From: Acidobacteriota bacterium | Lineage (GTDB): Bacteria; Acidobacteriota; Vicinamibacteria; Vicinamibacterales; Fen-181 | NCBI GenBank assembly: GCA_017883185.1 | Contig: JADGOB010000002.1 | Location: 10,844 to 74,843 of the forward strand | Length of the DNA stretch: 64,000 nucleotides | Direction of reading: 5' to 3' | Shown here: piece after piece, positions 56,658-64,000 of the stretch | Numbering within the stretch: the first letter of the stretch is position 1 | How the letters are laid out: the number at the start of each line of letters is the position of its first letter | Position numbers and translations under genes: made by a program | Notes under the pieces: model-generated | The model's input: only the letters and a program-made list of their open reading frames with translations | Told to the model about the DNA's origin: nothing | Databases searched by the model: none

Positions 56658-58253
56658 GTGATCCGTGTTCACGACATCCATCTGCCGCTGGACCACAAAC
56701 CCGAGGCTATCGCGGATGCGGTCGCGCGGGTGCTGGGGCTGAGGCCTTCGGCGCTGCAGCACTGGGAGGTACGCCGCCAGGCCATTGACGCGCGAAAGAA
56801 GAGTGCGATCCAGTTGACCTATTCCGTCGACGTCACGGTTGCCAACGAACAGCAGATCCTGGGATCCGCACCCACCCAGAAAATCACACCGACACCCGAC
56901 GAAACCTACCAGCCGGTTACTCCCGGGTCGCTTCCGTTGCAGCACCGTCCGGTGGTGGTGGGTGCCGGCCCCGCCGGGCTCTTTGCTGCGCTCATTCTGG
57001 CGCAGGCCGGCTACCGGCCAGTGGTACTCGAGCGGGGTAGACCGGTGCAGCAGCGCTGCCGTGACGTGGAACGCTTCTGGAACGGCGGAGCGCTTGACCC
57101 CGAATCAAATGCCCAGTTTGGCGAAGGGGGGGCAGGGACCTTCTCTGACGGTAAACTGACCACGCTGATCAATGACCCACGCTGCCGCAAGGTGCTGCAG
57201 GAGTTTGTCGCAGCGGGGGCCGACAGCTCAATTCTGGTGACGGCAAAGCCCCATGTGGGCACCGACCGACTGCGCGGCGTGGTGGTCAATTTACGAAGAC
57301 AACTCGAATCGCTGGGTGCATCGGTGTTGTTCGAACACCAGGTGAGCGGTCTGGATCTGGACAACGGCACACTCAGGGGCGTGCGGCTGCGCAATGGCGA
57401 CACGCTGCCCGCCCAGGTGTGTGTGCTGGCCATCGGGCACAGTGCACGCGATACGGTCGCCATGCTCCACCAGAGCGGTCTGAAACTGGTACCAAAGCCC
57501 TTTTCGGTGGGTGTGCGTATTGAACATCCGCAGGTGCTGATTGACACGGCGCAATACGGCGGTTGTGCGGGGCATCCGCGCCTGGGGCCTGCCGACTACA
57601 AACTGGCCTACCATGCGCCCAACGGCCGCAGCGCCTATACCTTCTGCATGTGTCCGGGCGGCGAGGTGATCGCTGCGGCATCCGAGCACGGGGGCGTGGT
57701 CACCAACGGGATGAGTCTGTCGGCGCGCAGCGCGGTCAATGCCAATGCGGCAGTGCTGGTTGGCGTCTCTCCGCAGGATTTTCCCGGCGAATCGCCCTTG
57801 AGCGGATTCGTGTTCCAACGGCACTGGGAAGCGCTGGCCTTTGCGCTTGGTGGCGCCAGTCACGCGGCTCCGGTGCAACTGGTTGGCGATCTATTGCGCG
57901 GAGTGCCAAGTGCTGCGTTGGGCAGAGTGGCCCCCAGCTACCGTCCGGGGGTGCTGCCTGCGGATCTGCGCCGCTGTCTGCCGCCGTACGTTATTGACAC
58001 CCTCCGCATGGCGCTGCCTTCTTTCGGCAGGCGCATTGAGGGGTTCGATCTGCCCGATGCGGTCTTGACCGGAGTAGAAACCCGCAGCTCCTCTCCGGTA
58101 CGCATGCCCCGCTCGCCACAGTGCGAAGGGAGCATTGGGGGAATTTACCCTGCGGGCGAGGGCGCAGGCTATGCCGGAGGAATCATGTCGGCTGCTGCCG
58201 ACGGGATCCGGGTCGCCGAGGCCATCATCGGACAGTGTGCGCCACCAGGCTGA
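56658..58253 (+). CDS. Uncharacterised FAD-dependent oxidoreductase (COG2509-like)
   Basis: VGAGPAG, QFGEGGAGTFSDGKL, YTFCMCPGG, GVETRSSSPVR and GEGAGYAGGIMSAA. Confidence 0.88.
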   Translation: MIRVHDIHLPLDHKPEAIADAVARVLGLRPSALQHWEVRRQAIDARKKSAIQLTYSVDVTVANEQQILGSAPTQKITPTPDETYQPVTPGSLPLQHRPVVVGAGPAGLFAALILAQAGYRPVVLERGRPVQQRCRDVERFWNGGALDPESNAQFGEGGAGTFSDGKLTTLINDPRCRKVLQEFVAAGADSSILVTAKPHVGTDRLRGVVVNLRRQLESLGASVLFEHQVSGLDLDNGTLRGVRLRNGDTLPAQVCVLAIGHSARDTVAMLHQSGLKLVPKPFSVGVRIEHPQVLIDTAQYGGCAGHPRLGPADYKLAYHAPNGRSAYTFCMCPGGEVIAAASEHGGVVTNGMSLSARSAVNANAAVLVGVSPQDFPGESPLSGFVFQRHWEALAFALGGASHAAPVQLVGDLLRGVPSAALGRVAPSYRPGVLPADLRRCLPPYVIDTLRMALPSFGRRIEGFDLPDAVLTGVETRSSSPVRMPRSPQCEGSIGGIYPAGEGAGYAGGIMSAAADGIRVAEAIIGQCAPPG

Positions 58254-58256
58254 TTC

Positions 58257-58674
58257 GTGGAGACGAAGCTGCTGGTCGAGCCCGGACAGAGAGGGCTGTC
58301 CTCTTTCCGCAACCAGTTCTCCACGCCGCTCGTCGTCCTGATGTCGCTGGTCGGCCTGGTGCTGCTCATCGCGTGCGCGAACGTCGCCAACCTGCTGATG
58401 GCCCGTGCGCCAGCGCGAGATCGGCATTCGGTCTCGTGCCCGCCTGGGAACCGGAGGCGCCTGACACTCGAGCAGGTCGACAAGACCGACGCCGTGGCGG
58501 ACGTCCAGGCCCTGAGCGATGCCCTCGAGGGACTGAAACTGATCCTGTCCGAGGGGAAATTCGTCGAGGCCGTCGGCTTCACGCTCAAGGACGACCTGGA
58601 CGGTCACCCTCAATGACGACCTGGACGAGGATCACCTCGTCCTCTCGCTGACGTGGGAAGAAGCGAAGAGGTGA
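58257..58674 (+). pseudogene. Mosaic of gene fragments: ABC (MacB/FtsX-type) permease piece plus an unidentified C-terminus
   Basis: FSTPLVVLMSLVGLVLLIACANVANLLMARA is the typical acidobacterial ABC permease motif. It is followed by unrelated sequence with a GACGACCTGGACG duplication that shifts the frame. Confidence 0.6.
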
Positions 58675-59749
58675 CGGCCGCCGGTCCACTTCGCCGGCGT
58701 CCGCCGGGACCAGAGCCGACGGTTCGTCCGATGGATCTGATTCGCCGTTCGAGACATCCCTGGCAGGCCTCCGCCGTTTCGTGGATACAGGCCTTGCCTG
58801 GGTAGATTTCGTACAGGACGCGATACGCCGGCGGCGTCACGTTGGGCATCACGATGTTCGCACCTCGGACGAGGCCCAGCTCGCGTCCGGTGGCCGGGTC
58901 GATCGTGGCCAGCGCGGTCGTGCTGGGCAGGTTGGCCTCCGGGCAGACGAGCCGGGTGAGCGCCACCACCTTCAGCGTCGCCTCCTCGTTGTTCGGCACC
59001 TGCTCGTCGGCGCTCGCACGCAGCCTCTCCGCGGCCTCCCCTCCCAGCGGCGTCCGCGGGCTCGGCAGGAATGGCCCGATGCCGATCATGTCGATGTCGA
59101 GATCGCGGAACAGCTCGATGTCGCGCGCGAGGATCTCCCAGGTCTGTCCCGGGATGCCCACCATCACGCCGCTGCCGATCTCGTAGCCCATCGCCCGCAT
59201 CCGCTGCAGTTGCGCCACCCGGTCGGACAGCGTCCCGGGGAGCGAGGGATGGATACGGTGATACAGCCCGGGGTCGGATGTCTCGAACCGCAGGAGAAAG
59301 CGATCGGCCCCCGCACCCTTCCACGCCTTCAGGTCCTCGTCGCTCCGTTCTCCGAGGCTCAGCGTGATCGCGAGCCCCGTCTCGGCCTTGATCGCCCGAA
59401 CCCTGTCCGCGATGAACTCGCGCGTCAACCCGGGATCCTCGCCCGACTGCATCACCACGGTTCCATAGCCGAGCCGCTTCGCCTCGCGCGCGCACTCGAG
59501 GATCTCCGCGGCGGTCATCCGGTAGCGCGTGACGCCGTCCGAGCACGCCCTGATGCCACAGTAGAGGCAGTGCCGAATGCAGTGATTGCTGATCTCGATG
59601 AGGCCGCGGAGGTGTACCGCGTCGCCGACATGGGCGGCGCGCACGGCGTCCGCCCGCGCCCAGAGCCGTTCGAGGACCGCCGGATCGGCCTCGCGGAGCC
59701 AGCCTACGATGGTCTCGTGGTCGAGGCGATCAAGCCCGGGCGGCACCAA
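58610..59749 (-). CDS. hydE: [FeFe]-hydrogenase radical SAM maturase HydE
   Basis: LRGLIEISNHCIRHCLYC, LRFETSD, MIGIGPF, GANIVMPN and YEIYPGK; adjacent to hydF. Confidence 0.92.
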   Translation of the reverse strand: MVPPGLDRLDHETIVGWLREADPAVLERLWARADAVRAAHVGDAVHLRGLIEISNHCIRHCLYCGIRACSDGVTRYRMTAAEILECAREAKRLGYGTVVMQSGEDPGLTREFIADRVRAIKAETGLAITLSLGERSDEDLKAWKGAGADRFLLRFETSDPGLYHRIHPSLPGTLSDRVAQLQRMRAMGYEIGSGVMVGIPGQTWEILARDIELFRDLDIDMIGIGPFLPSPRTPLGGEAAERLRASADEQVPNNEEATLKVVALTRLVCPEANLPSTTALATIDPATGRELGLVRGANIVMPNVTPPAYRVLYEIYPGKACIHETAEACQGCLERRIRSIGRTVGSGPGGRRRSGPAAVTSSLLPTSARGRGDPRPGRH

Positions 59750-60959
59750 GCGCCTCCAGTGCGGCCGGGAACGGCTCCAGCGCGCGCTCGAAAATGCCCA
59801 GCGAGTACGCGATCGTCAGGCCGTAGTTGGTGATCGGCACGCCGGCCACGCCGCAGCGGTGGATCCGCGACATCATCTCGCGCCGGTTTCCGACGCAATT
59901 GCCGCAGTGCACGACCAGCTTGAACGGCGCGAGGTCCGACGGAAAGTCGCGTCCCTGGACGTGCTCGAACTCGAGCTTTGCACCCACGTACTGCGTGAGC
60001 CAGCGCGGGATCTTCACGCGGCCGATATCCTCTCCCACCGGGTGGTGGCTGCACGACTCGGCCACGAGTACCCGGTCGCCGCCCCTCAATCGCTCGATCC
60101 CCAGCGCGCCGCGCACCTGCGCGGTCAGGTCGCCCTGGAAGCGCGCCATCAGGATCGAGAACGACGTCATCCGGATGTCGCGCGGCACATCGGCCGCCAC
60201 CTTCAGGAACGCCTGCGAGTCGGTCACGACGAGCGCCGGCGGCCTGGTCAGCCGCTCGAGGGCGCGCCGCAGTTCGCGCTCCTGCACCACGAGCGCCATC
60301 GACTCCCCATCGAGCAGGTCGCGGATAGCCATCACCTGCGGCAGGATCAGCCGCCCCTTCGGCGCTTCCTTGTCGATTGGCACCACCAGCACCGCCACCT
60401 CGCCAGCCGGCACAAGATCCGTCACCAGGCGGCGGCTGTCGAAGAAATCGGACGGCGCCAGCGCCAGCAGCGCCTCCCGAACGCCGGCCACGCCGTCCCC
60501 GGTCAGCGACGAGACAACCACCGACAGCACACGCGCGATCTGCAGGCGAGCGAGCTCGGTGGCCTCGGGCATGCCCACGTCGGACTTGTTGAACACGACC
60601 AGCACCGGCACGCGGCGCGCCTCGAGTTCGCCGAGCAGCGAATCCTCGAACGCCCCCCACCCGCCGCCTTCCGTGACGACCACCCCGAGATCCACGCGGT
60701 CGAGCACCGCCCTGGTGCGCTCGATGCGCAGCGCCCCGAGCGCCCCCTCGTCGTCCACGCCGGCCGTGTCCACGAACTGCACCGGCCCCAGCGGCAGCAG
60801 CTCCATCGGCTTCTCTACCGGGTCGGTGGTGGTGCCGGCGAACGCCGACACGATCGACACGTGCTGCCGCGTGATCGCGTTGAGCAGCGACGACTTGCCG
60901 ACGTTGCGCCGGCCGAAGATGCCGATGTGCAAACGAAGCGACCGGGGTGTGGGTTGCAT
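59730..60959 (-). CDS. hydF: [FeFe]-hydrogenase maturation GTPase HydF
   Basis: GRRNVGKSS, GTTTD, DTAG, NKSD, APKGRLILPQ and CSHH...HCGNC; start at ATG 60959. Confidence 0.95.
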   Translation of the reverse strand: MQPTPRSLRLHIGIFGRRNVGKSSLLNAITRQHVSIVSAFAGTTTDPVEKPMELLPLGPVQFVDTAGVDDEGALGALRIERTRAVLDRVDLGVVVTEGGGWGAFEDSLLGELEARRVPVLVVFNKSDVGMPEATELARLQIARVLSVVVSSLTGDGVAGVREALLALAPSDFFDSRRLVTDLVPAGEVAVLVVPIDKEAPKGRLILPQVMAIRDLLDGESMALVVQERELRRALERLTRPPALVVTDSQAFLKVAADVPRDIRMTSFSILMARFQGDLTAQVRGALGIERLRGGDRVLVAESCSHHPVGEDIGRVKIPRWLTQYVGAKLEFEHVQGRDFPSDLAPFKLVVHCGNCVGNRREMMSRIHRCGVAGVPITNYGLTIAYSLGIFERALEPFPAALEALGAARA

Positions 60960-61030
60960 CAGTATGACGCCTCGAGTCCTGAGAACTGATGACGGCAGGG
61001 ACGCCGCATACTGCGCGCTGCCGGGGAATG

Positions 61031-62446
61031 TCAGCCTTTCGCGGTGATCCGCGTCGGAGCGAACCCCAGGCGGCAGACCGCCTCGGGGCTGATCGCCGCG
61101 TCGAACTGCTCGGCCGTCAGCCATCCCGATGCCACCGCCACGTCCCTCAGGCCGCGGCCTTCGCGTCGGGCCGTCGCGACCAGTTGGCCGGCGCGCTCGT
61201 AGCCGACGAGCGGCACGAGCGCCGTCGCACTCGCGGTCGCGTTTGCGACCTGGCGCCGGCAGCGGGCCTCGTCCGCCTCGATCCCATCCACGCAGTGCTC
61301 ACGGAGGATCGTGCAACTGGCCGCCAGCAGGTCGAAGCTCTCGAGCAGGCAGTGCGCCACCAGCGGCAGGAACGGGTTCAACTCCAGGCTCCCCATCGCC
61401 GCGGCCATCGTCAGCGCCTGGTCGTGGCCGACGACCAGCAGCGATGCCTGTGTCACCGCCTCCGGGATGACCGGGTTCACTTTCCCTGGCATGATGCTCG
61501 AACCAGCCTGTCGTGCCGGAAGTCGGATCTCCCCGAACCCCGCGTCCGGCCCCGACGACAGCAGGCGGAGATCACCGCAGATCTTGATCAGCGTCGCGGC
61601 GTGCGCCTTCAACAGCCCCGACACCTCGACGAACACATCCGCGTTCTGCGTGGCGTCCACGAGGTTCTCGGCGCGGGCGAGTCCCAGCCCGGTGATCTCG
61701 CGGAGTTCCTCCACCACCCGGAAGATGTACTCGCGCGGCGCGGCCAGTCCCGTCCCGATCGCCGTGCCGCCCAGGTTCACGACGCGAAGCCGCTCCTCGC
61801 ACTTGTCGAGCCGCCAGCGGTCCCGGTTGAGCGCCTCGGCGTACGCCGACATCTCACGCCCCAGTGTCGTCAGCACCGCGTCCTGCATCTCGGTGCGGCC
61901 GACCTTGACGATGTGGGCGAACGCGCGTTCTCTGGCCTGAAACGCCTCCTGGAGCGCCACCACCGCCGGTTCGAGCGCCCGCAGCCCCCACAGCGCCGCC
62001 ACGCGCAGCGCGGTCGGAAAGACGTCGTTGGTGCTCTGGTGCAGGTTGACGTGGTCCACAGGCGACACACGGTCGTAGCTCCCGCGTTCGAGCCCCATCA
62101 ACTCGAGCGCCCGGTTCGCCAGCACCTCGTTGACGTTCATGTTGGTGCTCGTGCCTGCGCCTCCCTGCAGCGCGTCCACGACGATCGCGCCGGCCAGGGT
62201 CCCATCCATCAACTCCCGGCACGCGCGGTCCAGCGCCTCGGCCACCGTGGCATCCAGGTAGCCCTGCGCCCGGTTGACCCGGGCCGCCGCCAGCTTCACC
62301 GCGCCGAAGGCGCGGGCAAGGCTCGGGTGGACGGATCGCCCCATCAACGGGAAGTTCTCCAGGGCCCGGATCGTATGGATGCCGTGGAGGGCGTCTGCGG
62401 GCACCTCGCGGGTGCCCAGAGCGTCGTATTCGCGCCTGACGTTCAC
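61031..62446 (-). CDS. aspA: Aspartate ammonia-lyase (fumarase/aspartase family)
   Basis: QGGAGTSTNMNVNEV, HQSTND, GRTEMQDA and GSSIMPGKVNP. Confidence 0.88.
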   Translation of the reverse strand: MNVRREYDALGTREVPADALHGIHTIRALENFPLMGRSVHPSLARAFGAVKLAAARVNRAQGYLDATVAEALDRACRELMDGTLAGAIVVDALQGGAGTSTNMNVNEVLANRALELMGLERGSYDRVSPVDHVNLHQSTNDVFPTALRVAALWGLRALEPAVVALQEAFQARERAFAHIVKVGRTEMQDAVLTTLGREMSAYAEALNRDRWRLDKCEERLRVVNLGGTAIGTGLAAPREYIFRVVEELREITGLGLARAENLVDATQNADVFVEVSGLLKAHAATLIKICGDLRLLSSGPDAGFGEIRLPARQAGSSIMPGKVNPVIPEAVTQASLLVVGHDQALTMAAAMGSLELNPFLPLVAHCLLESFDLLAASCTILREHCVDGIEADEARCRRQVANATASATALVPLVGYERAGQLVATARREGRGLRDVAVASGWLTAEQFDAAISPEAVCRLGFAPTRITAKG

Positions 62447-62513
62447 GTGGCCATTGTACAGCGGAGCGGCCGAGTGGCGCGGCAGGACAGTCGCAGTGCC
62501 GTCATTCTTTCAG

Positions 62514-62542
62514 TTGACAAGCCATTGCACCAAATATATTCT
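62514..62542 (+). promoter_or_regulatory. Sigma70 promoter of lrp-lat
   Basis: TTGACA (62514-62519), N17, TATTCT (62537-62542); the GTG start follows 6 nt later. Confidence 0.7.
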
Positions 62543-62548
62543 CGTGAA

Positions 62549-63043
62549 GTGACCAAGAAAACGAACATTACGGTCGTCATCGACGAGAGAGACCGTCAGA
62601 TCCTCCACCTCGTGCAGCGTGACGCCTCGCTCGCGCAAGCGGAAATCGCTCGGCAGGTTGGCCTGTCGACCGCCGCGGTGCACGAGAGGCTGAAGAAGCT
62701 TGTCGCGTCAGGCGTCATCCGGCGCTGGACCGCGGTGGTGGATGGCGCCGCCGTCGGCGCGAGCATCACGGCGTTCGTCGAGATCTTTCTCGATCATCCC
62801 CGTTACGAACCGGCCTTGCTCGAACGGGTCGTGCGGCTGGACGACGTACTCGAGTGCCACCACGTCACCGGTGAGTTCTCGCTGCTGCTGAAGGTGCGCG
62901 TCCGCAACATGGAAGCCCTCCGGCAGCTGCTGCTCCACCAGCTCGGCGCCCTCGACGGCGTGAGCCGGACCCGGACCGTCGTGGTGCTCTCCACGGTGAA
63001 AGAAGAAACCTACGTCGCCCCTGTCGTCGAAGGAGCCAACTGA
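62549..63043 (+). CDS. Lrp/AsnC family transcriptional regulator
   Basis: IDERDRQILHLVQRDA, VGLSTAAVHERLKKL, ECHHVTGEFSLLLKV and TRTVVVLSTVKE. Confidence 0.92.
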   Translation: MTKKTNITVVIDERDRQILHLVQRDASLAQAEIARQVGLSTAAVHERLKKLVASGVIRRWTAVVDGAAVGASITAFVEIFLDHPRYEPALLERVVRLDDVLECHHVTGEFSLLLKVRVRNMEALRQLLLHQLGALDGVSRTRTVVVLSTVKEETYVAPVVEGAN

Positions 63044-64000
63044 TGATGATCACGACCACCCCGACCCTCACTCCTGCCAACGTTCACGAGACGCTTGGCC
63101 GGCACATCCTGGCCGATGGCTACGATATGGTGCTCGACATCGATCGCAGCCATGGCCGTCGTCTCTGGGACGCGCGGCGCGGCCGCCGCGTGCTCGACAT
63201 GTTCTCGTTCTTCGCCACCTCGCCCGTCGGGCTCAATCACCCGAAGATGGCGGACCCGGTGTTCCGCGAGAAGCTGCTCCGGGCCGCGCTGGCGAACCCG
63301 ACCAACTCTGACATCTACACGCTGGAGTTCGCGGAGTTCGTGGACACGTTCGGCCGCGTGGGCATCCCGTCGTACCTGCCACATGCCTTCTTCGTGGCGG
63401 GCGGCGCGCTGGGCGTCGAGAACGCGCTGAAGGCCGCGATGGACTGGAAGGTGCGCCTGAACTTCCGGAAGGGGCTCACCACCGAGCAGGGGCACCAGAT
63501 CGTCCACTTCCGCGACGCGTTCCACGGCCGGAGCGGCTATACGCTGTCGCTGACCAACACGGCAGACCCGCGGAAGTATCAGTACTTCTCGAAGTTCGAC
63601 TGGCCGCGCATCACGAACCCGGCGCTCCGCTTCCCGCTGGACGGGCGGGAAATCGAGCGCGTCGTCGCGCTCGAACGGGAGGCGATCGAGGAAATCCAGC
63701 GCGCGTTCGTCGAGCGGAAGGATGACATCGCGGCCATCATCATCGAGCCGATCCAAGCGGAGGGTGGCGACAACCACTACCGGCCCGAGTTCATGGCGGC
63801 GCTCCGCCAGCTCGCCGACGAGAACGAAGCGCTCCTGATCTTCGATGAGGTGCAGTCGGGCGTGGGGCTGACGGGCCGCTTCTGGGCGCATCAGCACACG
63901 GGCGTGCGGCCCGACCTGATGTCGTTCGGAAAGAAGATGCAGGTGTGCGGCATGCTGGCCGGGCCGAAGCTCGACGAAGAGCCCGAGAACGTCTTCAAGG
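63043..64000 (+). CDS. lat: L-lysine 6-transaminase (partial, runs off the window)
   Basis: Manual translation: HILADGYDMVLD, LDMFSFFAT, GALGVENALKAAMDWK, FHGRSGYTLSLTNT, EPIQAEGGDNH, DEVQSG and FGKKMQVCG; TGATG coupling to lrp. Confidence 0.92.
   Translation, partial: MMITTTPTLTPANVHETLGRHILADGYDMVLDIDRSHGRRLWDARRGRRVLDMFSFFATSPVGLNHPKMADPVFREKLLRAALANPTNSDIYTLEFAEFVDTFGRVGIPSYLPHAFFVAGGALGVENALKAAMDWKVRLNFRKGLTTEQGHQIVHFRDAFHGRSGYTLSLTNTADPRKYQYFSKFDWPRITNPALRFPLDGREIERVVALEREAIEEIQRAFVERKDDIAAIIIEPIQAEGGDNHYRPEFMAALRQLADENEALLIFDEVQSGVGLTGRFWAHQHTGVRPDLMSFGKKMQVCGMLAGPKLDEEPENVFK

Overview
GC-rich (by eye roughly 65-70%) bacterial chromosomal window, most consistent with Acidobacteriota/Vicinamibacteria (inferred from an Oar-like TonB receptor, an ABC-permease fragment of the acidobacterial type and small lineage-type ORFs). 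About 50 real genes are hidden among many shadow ORFs. They include murG (partial), a kinase-M23-class III aminotransferase fusion, nadE, two aminoacyl-tRNA trans-editing genes, a non-pyrrolysine MttB/corrinoid pair, a molybdopterin oxidoreductase, pxpABC, a carboxyltransferase-biotin subunit, yvcK and an NTase-TPM-LemA trio. Also present are [NiFe] maturases hypFCDE back-to-back with the [FeFe] maturase hydG, an mprF/AcvB lipid-remodelling cluster, a TonB receptor, a lower-GC two-gene flavoprotein patch, aspA-hydF-hydE and lrp-lat (partial). I see no rRNA, tRNA, CRISPR array or intact transposase. The most unusual signals are non-coding or sub-genic: (i) a ~70-bp hairpin repeat family with compensatory stem changes that supplies stop codons; (ii) a 45-bp palindromic repeat, one copy of which sits in-frame inside HypF; (iii) TANNNT boxes 6-10 nt before many start codons, suggesting leaderless mRNAs; (iv) sigma54 promoters with candidate enhancer palindromes; (v) several genes collapsed to fused N- and C-termini. 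All calls rest on motif recognition by eye; no database search was run, and I cannot claim a confirmed new system.
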